Shown: positions 48,013 to 60,028 of the stretch, one piece after another
How the letters are laid out: each line of letters begins with the position of its first letter
Numbering within the stretch: position 1 is the first letter of the stretch
NCBI GenBank assembly: GCA_965603825.1
Contig: CBFDEM010000046.1
Coordinates: forward strand, 731,341 to 795,340
Source: Blepharisma stoltei ATCC 30299
Taxonomy: Eukaryota; Protista; Ciliophora
Length of the DNA stretch: 64,000 nt
Direction: 5' to 3'
Notes under the pieces: generated by a model
Told to the model about the DNA's origin: nothing
Databases searched by the model: none
What the model saw: the letters and a program-made list of their open reading frames with translations, nothing else
Program-made: the position numbers and the translations under genes

Positions 48013-49314
48013 ATGTCTGAAGTCCTAGCAATTCAAATTGAAAGTTCAAGAAAAAGAAAGAAGCCCAACCTTTGTACTGGCAGCAAAAAAGCACGAAAAA
48101 TTGCCCCGAAGCTGAATGATGATAATTTAATTGAAACTTTAAATTCACTTATGCAAAAATCTGAGCTAGCAGACCAAGCTCCAAAAATACCCAAGCCAAT
48201 TTCTACTCAAATACCAGCGCTGTCTGAAGGGACTGCGAATTTGTTGAAAAGCTTACAGATAACGAGTCATAAGCCAGCAGTCAGGCCAACTGAAGAGATT
48301 TTAAACTCTAAGCCTATGAAAGAACTTTATGGGCATTTATTAGAGCCACAGCTGCCGCTGCATTATAAAAAAGTGTTGACTATGTTTGAAAGAACTGATT
48401 ATACAATGAATTATGCAAAGCATAGAAAAGCAGTAACTTCATTTGAAAACATAAAGAAAGGGATTGAAGAAGTCTATCACTCTAATTATGATATTGAAAT
48501 TTTGCAAAAAATATTATTCATTGATAGTAGCCTTTATAAAGTTTTTTGGGCTAAGGATTTGGCGAAGGAGTATAAGCTGTTTTTAGAGTTTCCGGCAGAG
48601 CTGGAGAAAGAAAAAGGGCAGATTACTAATGAAAAATTAGAGGAAAGGAAAAAGATTGTTAGGAAAAAACTTCTGGATTTGGTGAAAAGCTACCATTTGG
48701 ACTTTCTGCAGTCTGCAAATGAAGTGTGGGAGTCTGAGAGCTCTTGGCATCCAAATTTTGATATTTCCAAGGTCTCTGATGTCCCACTGTTTAAATTGCC
48801 TGAAAAGCCAATAGATAATTCAGAATCCTCAATATCAGATTTTCTTAAAAAACAGTTCGAAATTAATGAAAAAAACCGAAAAATTGACACTGGCCCAGAA
48901 ATTGTCGACGCAAACGACGTGATCCCTGGCCTAACTCCTGAGCTGACCGCAAAAATCAGAATGAAAGAAAAGCTGCTTAAAGAAAGGCTCAAAAACCTGC
49001 AGCCAACACAGAACATTTCCCTTCATGCCAAGGTGGAAAGGATGACTACTCTCTGTGAGATGCTAAAAGCCATTTATCTCAGCCAAAAAACTCCAAGCAT
49101 ATTTTACAGCTGCCTGGTAAAGAAAATCAAAGGCACAGGCAAAATCTCGACAGATTCAATGATTATAGAAAAAGACCTAAACGACGCAATCGAGCTTTTC
49201 CCTTCTTGACTTAAGCTGATAGACACCAGTGTTGGGAAGGTAGTCCGAATGAACCGTCAATTAGAAATGCCACTGACAACAATTAAAAAAGAAGTGAATG
49301 CTAAATTTAACTAA
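48013..49314 (+). CDS. CDT1: DNA replication licensing factor Cdt1-like (~433 aa)
   Basis: LP.HY..L..F...D, WHP.FD...VP, GL...L..KIR.KE and FPS-W(TGA 49207)-L. Confidence 0.78.
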
Positions 49315-49394
49315 TTTTATGGCTCTTACATCTGTTTTTATATTAAATTTTAAAAATCAGATTAATAGAAAATAATAATTTACAGTAGATCCAA

Positions 49395-52300
49395 ATGCCT
49401 GCTTCAAATATTCCATTCGTATTTTGGAATAAAAAGAGTAAAGACCTCAGGCATGTCATTACCTGCGCAATCCAGCACGGCAACCTTATAATAACAGGCT
49501 CAGATTCCGGAGAAATTTGCTTGTGGGCTTTATCAGATGATGGTTATATTCCTGACATTATTTGTTCACCTGGCAAGGATATCGAATGCAAAGCGCTTAC
49601 AACCGCTTTGCCTCCAAGCCCTGAACTGATTAGCAGCGAAAAATGAATAGTTTCTTTGCATTCGGACGGCCGAGTCAGAAGTTGGGATTCAAAAGACGGC
49701 AGATGTATGAGTGCTTCTCAGGTCGGGATGCTGCCTGAGCTGTCTAGTCTTCATTTATTAATCACGATCCAACAGAGATTTTTGGCTGTCAGCGGAGAAG
49801 TAAAAAACATTTTTTTGATGGACGCTTGATCAATGCAGCCGATTGCATGTTTTAGCATGCTGTGCATGATTGTGAGCATTAAAAGCTGCAACTTCTGAAG
49901 GACTAATCATATTATTGGGCTAGATTGTGAAGGCAGCATGGAGATCTGGCCTATTCCTGATCTGAAAGATTACTGTTTTCATAAAGACGAACTCCCTGGG
50001 ATCGATATTTTCCAGTCCAAATCGTTAAGCTTTTCTAAAGGCGAATGCCCTATTTCACTTGCGATATCTGATTTCAGTGGACTTTTAGCGGTCATTTATG
50101 AGAGCTCAGTATCTTTATTTCACAAATCCTGATTTAAAAAAGGAAATAGCCCACCCAAACTGGAATTCGAAAGTCCAGTAATAGGCGCAGAGTTTTTAGA
50201 AGGGAGCTTTTATGTGTTATTTAAAGATGGAAAAGTCAGGAGGTACGAAATTACAGAAATTCTCTATGGGATAGGGGTAAGAGACAGCATGCAGCTTAGT
50301 CAAAGAAACTCAATGAGTAAATCAGGCGCTGAGCCTTCATTAAATTATATTGATTATGAGCTCTGCAAACTAGACTGCACAATAAAACATTTAGCTTTTT
50401 GTGAAAATTTTATTCTTTCTTGAACCAACCAGACAATATTTAGGGTTAATTTGCATGAATTTAAGGAGCATTCAATTTTGAACCACATGGAAATTTTCTT
50501 TAGCTTAAATCTTGGGGACTCAGATAAATTCGCTGACAGCAAAATAGGCTCACTATTAAAAGAAGATGAAACCATTACAATCAGCACAATTTGTTTAACC
50601 AATAATTGGCCTTATTATCTAGTAGGGACTTCATCAGGAAATATGATTCTGTGTCCTTTTCAGCCAAGATTAAAGCCTCAGATATATAGCTACCATCAAG
50701 CTTCGATAACCTGTATTCATCTAATTAATAACAGACTCATTTCTTGTAGCAGCGACAATATTATGTGTATATGAGACTTTGAAATCGAAGGGGCAGTTTT
50801 TGCGAGAAAAAAGACAGAAAACAGGAAAATGTCATCTCTAATGAGCAGAAAATCTATATCAAGTGAGGACAACTATAAAGAAGGTAAAAAGCACGAGCCT
50901 TTTCAAGTCATTGAAACTTATAGGAGTCCTGTCAAAAGAGCTTTGCAAGTAGGGATTTTAAAAGACACAGACTCAAATGAAGACAAATTCGCAAGCACAC
51001 TAAACTACTGGGAAACCACCTTAATTGCCCAGTGTCAAGACGGCAGTATCTTACTTATCTCACTAACCAGAAAAGGAGTTCTCAGCTATTTCCAAGCTAT
51101 CGAATCAGTCATATTAGACGCTAAGCTTAACGTGATGCTCAACTACTTATTAGTCTCATGTGCTGACGAAAAGATCTATGTATTTGACATGACCGCTCAA
51201 TGTCTAGAACGAATCATCGTAGGAGAACAAACAGGAAAAGTTTTAAGAGCAACCCTCCCAAACTTCGCAGAATATAATGCAATGGACGACCTTGAGCACG
51301 CAGTTGACGATAATCATTTAATTCTCCTTTATAACCTTCGTCAGCAATTTATTGCAAACTCGGATATGCCGCTTTCTATAGACCATGTTTCAATAGGTCT
51401 ATGTGACTATACAACACTTCATGTAAATTCTAATGCTTTTATTGGAGAAATCAAGTTCCCAACTGGCCCTCCAATTGAGCTGGATTATATTGTAAGCTTG
51501 CTTGCCTGCTGGATTGAAAAGTGCGAGTCTCACGATTCATTAGTGGAAAATGTCAAAGGGTGCATATCTATGCAGGAGCCTGCAATTATAGGAAATATTG
51601 GAGTTGCTGGAGTTGAGAACAGCATTTCCTTTACCTTTCCGAGGAAGCGGGATAAGTATGAAGTTTCTGAAGTAATCTCTGGGCTCCTGCTAGCTTCAAG
51701 CCTAGGGATCATAAATGCTCTGCCTAGCTTAAATAAAGACTGCAAGGCAGAAATAAAGAAAACCATTGTTTCTCACATTTATTCCCACCCAGCCTTCAAA
51801 AAGCCTGACCTGTCTGTCTTAATTTTGCAATATTTCCACGGAAACCATGCAGCAGGGTATATTTTAAGCAAGTATTTGCCATTCATTGACAATAATCAAA
51901 AGCTTTTAATATTGCGCACAGCAGCCTGCGTAGTTGAAAAAAAGCTAGAAGGCTCCAAAAAGGCAGCTCATGAAAAAACCCACGAAATCGGCAAAATTGA
52001 AGCTCTATGCATATGTCTTCTGGGCTTCTTGACAGGCGATTTAAGGAACATCAGTGAAGAAATATTTGAATCGATTTTATTAGCCTTACGAAATATGCTA
52101 AAAACTGGGCTTCCTCACTATGTGTCTATAGCGTCAAAAATAATTGGCCAACAGATTTCTGTATGAAAAGAAACCTTAAATAACGAGCAGATTTCAGAAA
52201 TTTGTAGAGAAATGCTCGTTAATGGCTCTAATAAGCGTGATGGGCTTCAAAATGTGTTTTATAGAGCTCTTGTAAGGATTGCAGTGGACGATATGAGCTT

Positions 52301-52934
52301 TTATACGCAATTTTTGTCAAATGAAATTGAAAAATTAAATAAAGGCTCTGATTATCCGAATTCCTGCCTTAATTCTTTATCAATGCTGATAGACAAAAAG
52401 TATGAAGAAGTCGCTGTTTTTCTCCCAAGTATCGTTGAAATTTTAATGAAAGCCTTGAACCCTGTAAATCTTGATCTTAGGAAATATTGCGTCAGGCAGG
52501 CTGGAAAAACTCTCAAAAAATTAATTACGCTCCCTATGGTTGCATTTTGCCAAGAAAAACAGAAATTAGCGGTTGGGACCCTGGATAAGCTGATTGTATG
52601 CTATGATATGAAGTCGACATCCCAATGGAAAGTATATCAAGGGCATGAAGGCGCGGTTTGTGCAATTCAGTTTAGCAGTGATGGGAATTTTTTGGCATCT
52701 TATAGTTCTGATGACTGCAGTGTGAGGATCTGGAAAGCAAGCAAAGGGCTATTCAGTGGGTTTGGGAACATCGGGAAAGCCAAAGAAGTGATAAATCTGC
52801 CTAAAATAAAAAGCATCAAGCCAACATATAGGGAATATTTGAAATTAATCACCATTGGATGGGGCGAAAACAATAAAACAGTCCTAGTCACCAGAGAGGA
52901 TGGCGAAAGATACTCCTTCATAGTCCATATATAA
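49395..52934 (+). CDS. WDR7: WDR7/WDR72 (rabconnectin-3beta)-like protein (~1179 aa)
   Basis: Six ORFs in one frame joined by seven TGA codons. N-terminal P.VFW..ITGS.SGEICLW; C-terminal PMVAF..QKLAVG..GH...FS.DG..LASYS. Confidence 0.85.
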
Positions 52935-53157
52935 TCTCACATACAAAAATTGCTAAATAACTTCACCATTAATGCTATTAAATATTTTGTCCGATCCAAA
53001 AGGGCCGTCCATAGTTTTCAGATAAATTTTGAAATTGAAGGCAGCCATTAAGGCTACCCAGCTGAGGAATGACCAGAGCAAGCTTATTCATATTAACAAG
53101 ATTAACAAGAATAATAAAGGATTCCGAGAATAATTAAGTAATTTATGCCCGAGTTAG

Positions 53158-53765
53158 TTAGCGAGAATAAGAAGATGAAGATCTTCTTCTGGAGCGAGAT
53201 CTATTCAAGTTAGAATGTGCTCTTAAAAACTTGTATATTTGAATTACCTTGAACTTGACTCTGATCTGTCTCTCCTGCTGTGCCTTGGAGGAGTGCGGCT
53301 ATGTGCAATTTACCTTCTAGATCTTCTCCGGTACCTTGGGGAGCTGGACCTTCTTCTTCTCCATCTATCTCTTCGCCTCATTTCATCAGGCTACATTACA
53401 ATTACTCCTTTCCGGCCTTCGCGAGCAAAAACAATTTTAAGCGTGCTGCCTTGGAGCTCGGTCCCATCTGTTTTTTCAAGAGCTGCCTTGGCATCATCGT
53501 ACTTGTTAAACTCGACAAAACAGAAGCCACGAGGACGCTGGGTGTAGTAATCGCGAGGGATATAGACATCTCGCACCTCGCCGTACTTGGAAAAGTGGTT
53601 GCGGATGTCTTCCGAACGGGTGTGAGGATCCTGTGTGAAAATTACGATATTCCGGACTAAGAGAGACACCCTGCGAGGAGGGGTGCGAGATCTCCGTGGG
53701 GAATGAGGGGAAGGAGAACGAGAATCATGGCGAGAATGAGGACTACTGCTGCCTGAGGAGGCCAT
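53158..53765 (-). CDS. SR splicing factor, SRSF10/SCL-like (RRM plus RS domain, ~171 aa, 4 introns)
   Basis: After splicing: SLLVRNI, DVYIPRDYYT.RPRGF.FVEF, RKGPDEMR and an RS tail. Confidence 0.88.
53201..53247 (-). other. Probable atypical 47-nt intron
   Basis: GTAATT...TTCTAACTTGAATAG; removal appends RSRSRRRSSSSYSR in frame before the stop. Confidence 0.65.
53299..53313 (-). other. 15-nt spliceosomal intron
   Basis: GTAAATTGCACATAG; removal deletes an in-frame TAA. Confidence 0.88.
53391..53405 (-). other. 15-nt spliceosomal intron
   Basis: GTAATTGTAATGTAG; ends in an in-frame TAG. Confidence 0.9.
53631..53645 (-). other. 15-nt spliceosomal intron (no stop codon)
   Basis: GTAATTTTCACACAG; removes the insertion VIFTQ after RNP2. 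Confidence 0.85.
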
Positions 53766-54387
53766 TTATTATTATCGTCGTAAATTTCAGAATTCGCAGT
53801 GGGATGATAAAAAAGTGAAAATATTTTCTTAATTAAACCATGATTTTGAATAAGAAAAAATAATGGATAGGATTTTTGAAGGGCTTTCTGGAAAATTTAA
53901 TTTAATTGGAAATCATTGGGAAGATATTTATTAAAGTAAAAGTAATTTACTTGATATTTTATTTTTGCGAATTATTTAGCCATTATTTATAGATTCCAGT
54001 TTTGAATCGACTAAGTGTCATTACTAATCTTTTTCATACTTTCTTTTTAGTCTTTAAGGTCAACAATTCTTTTTTATGCAATAAATCTTAAAATATCTTA
54101 GGCAATTTTCACTTATCACTAGATTTTTAGCAATATAGATTTCCCATATTATTTTCGAATTTATTTATACTCTAATAAATAATAGTCCTATTTCAACACA
54201 AAAAAATTAACTTATTATTATCAGTAGACCCACACAATAACACAAAAGATCATAATGAAAGCTATCTATCATAAAAACCAAGGATTTGAAAAGATATCAA
54301 TTTTTCAGAAAATTATCAGACAAGTATCACTTATTAAATAATTTACAATGAATATATTCAATTGCAATATAAATTATTTAATAAAAT

Positions 54388-55923
54388 ATGGATTCTATCA
54401 CAAGCTCGATAATCGCCATCGCCCTTATTCTGGCATTTTCAGTAATCAGTATGTAGTTTGCCGGTGGGAACTTACTATCTTATTTAAATCAGGGATTCAG
54501 TGTAAAATCCTTTCGTTTCAAAGGATTTATTTCAAAAATCCCAATTCCTCCTTTGGTGATTTTAAAGTAGCTTGGAATGATATTAGGTGGAATAATAGCA
54601 GGCAACTTGCTTCACAGAGAAATATCTCTCCTTGATCCTGCTTGGGCATTGCAAATCAGAAATATTTCGATTGCTGTGATCTTATTGAAAGCAGGCTTAG
54701 GGCTAGATGTCCAAAAGTTAAAAGCTTCAAGTGGAGGCATTCTTCGTCTTTCCATAGTCCCGCAAGCTTTCGAAGCCTTAATAATTGCTCTATTATCATT
54801 TCTCATTTTTGACTTATCTTGGTCTTTTGGCTTTGCTATGGGCTTTATGATCGCTGCTGTATCTCCAGCTGTGCTTATTCCTTGCCTAAGCGAATTAATT
54901 CGTGATGGGTATGGGCTGGGATCTGGAATCCCAAGCATTCTGATGGCTGCAAACAGTCTGGACAATGTCATTGCCATTGCTTGTAATTCCTAATTAGTAT
55001 TTGGAGTGCTAATAAATATTGGGCTCGGAGGCTCAGGAGATTCTCTTATTTTTGGAAGTAACAATACAGCATATTATGCGTCAATTGGGCCTTTGATTGC
55101 TGTTGGCGGCATAATTGCGGGGATTATTTTGGGGATATTTTTTTTTCTTTTAACGAAATTAAATGACTGGGTAAAAGGAATTATCATTGCACTGGTATCA
55201 TATGGACTTGTATATGCTGCGTCTTACTTAAATATTTCTGGTTTAGGGTACCTCGGAGTCGTAATAAGCTCAACTTTTGCCGCAGTAAAATGGGGAAAAG
55301 ACTCAACTGCAAAAGTAGCTCGAGTTATAACACTGATATGGAAAGTATTCCAATATGCATTATTTGGACTGGTAGGAACTACCTTTTACTTCCCTCAATT
55401 ATCAGGTGACACTGTCGGTGAATGTTGTGCAATAATAATTATAGGCTCGTTTGTAAGAATTGTTACTGCTTACTATTCAGTTAGCTGGAGCAAGCTCGCA
55501 AATAAAGAAAAAGCATTTGTAGGGATCGCGTGGCTGCCTAAGGCGACAATTCAAGCGGCATTAGGAGGAGTTTTATTAGCAAAGGCTGAAAGTGATGATA
55601 AATATGATAAATATAAAGAGGATGGACTTATTATACTGACTGGATCTGTGTTCAGTATTCTTCTGACAGCCCCTATAGGGAGTATTTTGCTGACTCTGTT
55701 TGGACCAAAGCTGCTTCAAAAGTCTGTAAATGAGTCCAAAACTAATAAAGAAGCTTTTTCCCCTTTGCAAGGCTCTAAAGCAATTCAAAAAATTGCTCCA
55801 AAACCCAAAGGAAGAAGGTTGAGTGATGATCTTAGCGAAGATCTCGAGTATGCCAGGTATTATATGAGCTCAGAAGATATGGTAAGATCGGATATTGAGT
55901 CAATGAGAAGGAATAGTTTGTAG
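54388..55923 (+). CDS. NHA/SLC9B-type cation/H+ antiporter (~496 aa, 3 introns)
   Basis: After splicing: IPPLLGM, IL.KAGLGLD, AVSPAV..P, LDNV, LFGLVG, WLPKATIQAALG and ILLTAPIG. Confidence 0.92.
54442..54456 (+). other. 15-nt spliceosomal intron
   Basis: GTAATCAGTATGTAG; ends in an in-frame TAG. Confidence 0.85.
54556..54570 (+). other. 15-nt spliceosomal intron (GTG donor)
   Basis: GTGATTTTAAAGTAG; removal restores PPLLGM. Confidence 0.88.
54983..54997 (+). other. 15-nt spliceosomal intron
   Basis: GTAATTCCTAATTAG; contains an in-frame TAA. Confidence 0.9.
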
Positions 55924-56590
55924 ATCAAGATTTATAGTTAAATCTTAATTAGCTAGCTTATAAAAAATTCAGAATTAAAATAATTGCACTTTGAAAAAAT
56001 TCAAAAATCAGCGTATATACATAAAATAAGCCAAAAAGAAATAAATAAATCACCTACTTTTTTTGTTCAATTTCAAGTGGAGGAGGAAGGCTTTTTCTTT
56101 AATTCTAAGATTGATCAGATATTTTATTTCGTCACCTAAATGTTAAATTATTATTGGAACGCTTAAACATACCTTTCAAATCCATTGCTTAAATGAAAAT
56201 TGTTATAAGGAGAGAGTGAAAATTATTCGATTTTTAAATAATTGTTGGGAACCATTATTGAAATATATTTAAATGTTTAAAGCTTCTCTTCTTTGTTTCA
56301 TCCCTTTGCAATAACTTATCTTATTAATTTTCAATAAATTATATTTAAAATCGAAAAGCATAAGAGCTCAAAATAGCTAAGAGTTTTTTATTTCAAGCGA
56401 TTTATAATAGAGTTAATCTTAATAATAGGCTTAAGTAAACTCACAGTGTCATAATAATTTAATCAGATTTTAGATCATATCAAAAATTTTTTTGTTGTCT
56501 TTTCTCATTAGGTGGGGAATGAATTTATAAATTTTTTAATAATCTGAACAATTAACTTATCAATTATAAAAGTCAACTAGAGCTCCATAA

Positions 56591-59500
56591 ATGGCGATGC
56601 TTAGAATCTTATTGAGATTGAGTTTTATAGCAAATTTTATTTTCAATATAGCTCAATCGATAGAAGTTATTATTTATAGAAGTATAAAATTCAATATAAC
56701 AGAAAATTTTCAAGTTAACTATTATTACACTAGAACTCTTCAAGAAACAAATAACGCTCTAAAAAACTTAGACGATCCCAAAATTCTGTTTGATTTTTCA
56801 CCAAGTATCATTGAGCATTACCAGCTATCATCTTTATGTGAAGAACTTGGAGTTATTCACTTTGTGACTGATGGTTCTTTGGATTATTTTAGTAATCTGG
56901 CATTTTCATTATCAACGTCATATAAAAATTATCTCAGTTCTATTGTGTCACTTTTAAAATATTTCAACTGGTCTCAAGGCCTAATTTTTAACTCTTATAG
57001 TTATGAATTTATTGAAGAATCTTTATTTGCTTATTCCTCTTCTTTTAAAAAAATTAGGGTGAGTTCAGATTCTAGTATTGAAGATGCGGTCCAAAAGATC
57101 GCTGCTCCATCAGGAGCTCAGTTATATTATATTTTTACAGATAATGACAATTCCTTATCAATCCAGACATCACTTTTGTCCACAAAATTAATTCATACTG
57201 GAGATGGAATTTTAATAGGAAAAGACAGTTACTTTGAAGCGATAATAGAAGGCGCACTAATCATAGCTGAAGAAGGCCAAGAATGATCATATTCTCAAGA
57301 AGATTATTTATCTAATTCAGTTTCCTTTATCATGTCTTTACTTCTTTCAAAAGAAATCTCAATTATGACTAATTACCAACTTGCAAATATTCTGCACTCA
57401 GTCTGCGAGCATAGATTTTGTAAATCAAGCTTCTCATTAGTTAACATTTGAAATGGAGAGAGGATAATTGTAGGCTCACTTAATTCGAGTCATATTTCAA
57501 TAGAAAAGAAAATATTTTTTCCAGGAAATTCTACAAGTATTCCTATTTCAACAAAGAAGGTGCTAAATTTAAGCATAAATGGAGGGCCATCAAACCCAGC
57601 TCCTTCCCCTCCTAATTATGATGTCCCGCTATATGCTAGAGGCTCATTTATGGCAGTCTCTATGATTAATCGAGATTCTGAAATTTTAGAAAATTTTGAA
57701 TTAAACTTATTTGATTTTGACTGCGGAGCAACTTCTTATAATGCAATAGCTGGGGCTGCGTGCTTTACCAAAGATATTGATCATTTTGGGTTAGCCCATA
57801 TATCTTCTTATTCATCAAGTGTGGTAATATCTCAATTGAAAACTTTTAAAAGCTTGAATATTACTATCCCAATCGTTGGCTCTACTTCTTCAGCTATAAG
57901 TTTGAATTCAACTGCCATTTACCCATCATTTATAAGAGTAGCACTTACTGATGCGTTTTTGGCTTCAGAAATTCCTACGTTGCTCCGAGCTTTAGGCTGG
58001 AAAAAATGTGCAGTCCTATACCAAAATGAAGCATGAGGCCAATCGGCCTATTCAAAAGTCAAAGAAGTCGCTGAGCAAGGGGGCGTTGAAATTTTAAATG
58101 ACCCCGAATATAGGGTTATCCCACCTGGGCTTACCAGAGATCAGGTCGCTAGCTATACACATATTTTGCAAGGGATTCTTGAGACGAAAGCAAGACTTGT
58201 TTTAGCATTTATGTATTCCAACTTAATGAGTTATGTATTTGAAAAGTTTTATGATTTAGGCGCAAGGAAAGGCGACCTTGTTATTGTATCTACCCTTGCA
58301 ACAGCACCAGCTGATATTGGTTTTAATGACAGCTTATTATATAAGCGTCTTGAAATCGGTGTTCCTATGATGGTTTTCCAAGGCTCAGTTTGAGTTGGGG
58401 AGTTTGGCCAGAAAGTGTATAATAACCTTCAAAAGACCTATATGACTACCCCAAGAACTTTTGCATGCAATTTCTTTGACTCAGCCTGGTTTATTGCCTC
58501 AGCTTTAGATTGGATGATTAATCGAGGACAGGACTATACAGATGCTTCAAAATTAAATAACACCATTAGAAGCATAGGCATCACTGGATGTTTAGGAAAA
58601 ATAAGAATGGTCAAAGGAACAAATGATAGAGAAATGACGACAATGGATATCAGCAGTAATGATATTGTGAATGGAACAATCCAAATATATCGCGTAGGGA
58701 CTTTTAGCCCCTATGGAACTCATTATCTTGCTATTAATCAACCTGTCATATATGGTGATAATTCAACTACAAAGCCCTCTGACTTAAGACTTATAGATGG
58801 AAGCTGCCCTTTTCCTGATAAAGATATCAGAACTTTTTCAGATGGTAGAATTGTTGTATTTGCTATTTGTTTTGCACTTGGCACTATTACTGCAGTCATT
58901 ACATTTTTTATATGAAAAAAATGGTGGAATGTGAAAATAGAAAATTTGACTGTAAAACAAGAAATTTCTATCCAGGACTTTGTGGTTGGAGCTACGATTG
59001 CGGTTGAGTTCTTTCAGTTTGCTTCAATGGGGCCTGATTATAGGCCAATAAATACTTTTCTAGCAGAAATTGGAGATCTGCTTTCATTGAATTTGAGCAG
59101 TGCGATTGTTTTTGAAAATAATCTTTACTGAATTTTCTTTGACATTATACTAGCTTTATGCTTTTTCTGGATAGTTCTATGTTTTATTATATTATTCAGG
59201 CTTGATGAAAAATTGAGCTCACTCTTCTTATTTAGATTTTTAGGACAATTAGGAGATTGATTTATGCCGGTTTTGGGGAATTTATGCTTTATTCCTTTCG
59301 TTTCAATTCTCTTAGATATCTTTGTTTGTGATCAATCAATTGGAAACAATTTTTCCGACAGTTTCTTGGCAAAAGATTGCAATCAATTTTGCTGGCAAGG
59401 CAGCCACATAATCTACGTAATTTTATCTATTCTTGCTTTACTAACTTATGAACCTCTAGCTGTATTTTGCAGACCACTTTGGCAGGAATTTCAGTCCCAA

Positions 59501-60028
59501 CTGCACGTTAAAACTTCACCAACGTTTTTGATGGTAAAAACAGGTGTACAAATATCACTCATTGTTATGAATAAAACAGTTAAAAGAGCCCAAGCCACTG
59601 CTCATGGGTTTCTATTTGTTCTTATACTGGCTCTATATGATATTTTCATATTCAAGAAATATCCCTACAACTATCCTCGATTTAGTTGGTGGCAGTTTAT
59701 AAGCATCATTGGGGTGGCTTGGCTTTCATTTTTATCAACGATGAACCTTTTGATTGGAGACAATGAAGCCTTTTATTGAGTTGTTCTTGTCTTTTTGGGT
59801 TGAATTAATTTGTGTGGAATCGGCTTATATGTGCAATGAAAGAAGTATCCCAGCTTGCTTTTCAGACCGAAGGGAAATGATCAGTCTATTTTATTTGATT
59901 TTGCTTTTAGATTTGGGAAGGCTGCGGAAAAGTCAATTATAAGGTTAAACTCATCAAAAAAAAGAACTAATCCTCCTGAATCGCAGAGGTCTTTTGTGAT
60001 GCCAGTTCATAATAAAGAAAATGGATAA
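56591..60028 (+). CDS. Receptor-like protein with two Venus-flytrap (ANF-receptor) domains and ~9 TM helices (~1145 aa)
   Basis: One frame through about ten TGA codons. VFT motifs AV..IN....L..F.L, SL.S...YP.F.R and LGW...AVLY; an upstream degenerate copy (LLKYFNW..G). Ends at TAA 60026-60028. Confidence 0.85.

Noticed and set aside
881-55788. Antisense and alternate-frame ORFs in the track (e.g. 881-1351, 16734-17384, 33759-34346, 35834-36268, 47189-47551, 53280-53660)
   Set aside because: They are shadows of well-supported genes on the other strand or frame and show no motifs.
487-60028. Genes with many in-frame stops read as pseudogenes or selenoproteins
   Set aside because: The stops are TGA, often at conserved Trp sites, or TAA/TAG inside 15-nt introns. 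The genes are intact under UGA=Trp.
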